A stretch of DNA of 64,000 nt from Takakia lepidozioides. Lineage: Eukaryota; Plantae; Bryophyta. The first letter of the stretch is position 1. The number at the start of each line of letters is the position of its first letter. Under the pieces are notes generated by a model. The model was not told the DNA's origin, searched no databases, and worked only from the letters and a program-made list of their open reading frames with translations. The stretch is from assembly GCA_030704615.1 (NCBI GenBank), contig CM060734.1, positions 24,924,001 to 24,988,000 on the forward strand, in the 5' to 3' direction. Position numbers and translations under genes: made by a program. This document shows positions 63,560-64,000 of the stretch, one piece after another.

Positions 63560-64000
63560 TAGCTCTACAGACTTTAAACCAAGGAGGCATTCAGATACCT
63601 ATGTCTGTCTCTTGCTTAAGTGCATCAAGATGAAAGGTCTGGAAGCTGGAAAGCAGGTGCACACGCACATTATCCAAAGTGGATTCACGCCAAATGTTTT
63701 TCTACTCAACACCCTTGTCAACATGTACGTTAAGGGCGGGAGCATCATGGATGCTCCAAGCATTCAACAGAATGCCTCAACGATCTTGATCACGTGGAAT
63801 ATAATGTTGGCAGGATTTACCAAGCATGGGTGTGGTAGGAATGCTTTTGAGACCTATGAGCAGATTCTGCGCAAAGGGGTGAAGCCCAACCACATCAGAT
63901 TTGTTTTGCAATGCGTGTGCAAGCCTGGGAGCTCTGGAAAAGGGGAAAGAGGTCCATGGTGACATCGTCAAAGCTGGAATTGTACCATATGTCATTCATA
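63560..64000 (+). pseudogene. PLS-class PPR fragment, near-copy of 14980-15490
   Basis: GKQVHTHIIQSGFTPNVFLLNTLVNMY, with high nucleotide similarity to the first copy. Confidence 0.88.

Overview
Eukaryotic, repeat-dense DNA from a land plant, probably a non-seed plant such as a moss or other bryophyte/lycophyte. That is inferred from GT-AG introns, PLS-class PPR fragments, TTTAGGG repeats and chromovirus, Athila-like, CACTA, MULE and LINE elements. There is no intact ordinary host gene. The window is a nest of transposons. (1) A Ty3/Gypsy-type retroelement family has pol order PR-[C5 DNA methyltransferase]-RT-RH-IN-[PHD finger]. Instead of ordinary LTRs it has split direct repeats, A1...B1-GC-A2-B2, with a palindromic GACA-GC-TGTC end-to-end junction. 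One 36.1-kb unit (2953-39083) is bounded by a GTTC target-site duplication inside the gag of an older antisense relative, and further termini occur at 2164, 26809 and 48834. (2) A Mutator-like family whose transposase has a GCM-type Zn domain and a SWIM finger co-occurs with a spliced gene fusing a ParB/Srx-like domain to a beta-class N4-C/N6-A DNA-methyltransferase fold, a head-to-head pair of unknown paralogous ORFs, and arrays of palindromes with a TGCG-N4-CGCA core. (3) An Athila-like LTR encodes an F-box ORF. (4) A Pack-CACTA carries POLQ/TEBICHI and RsmB exons. (5) Decayed LINEs and captured PHR2, MCM4 and PPR fragments make up much of the rest. All domain calls were made by eye from motifs, and no database search was run.
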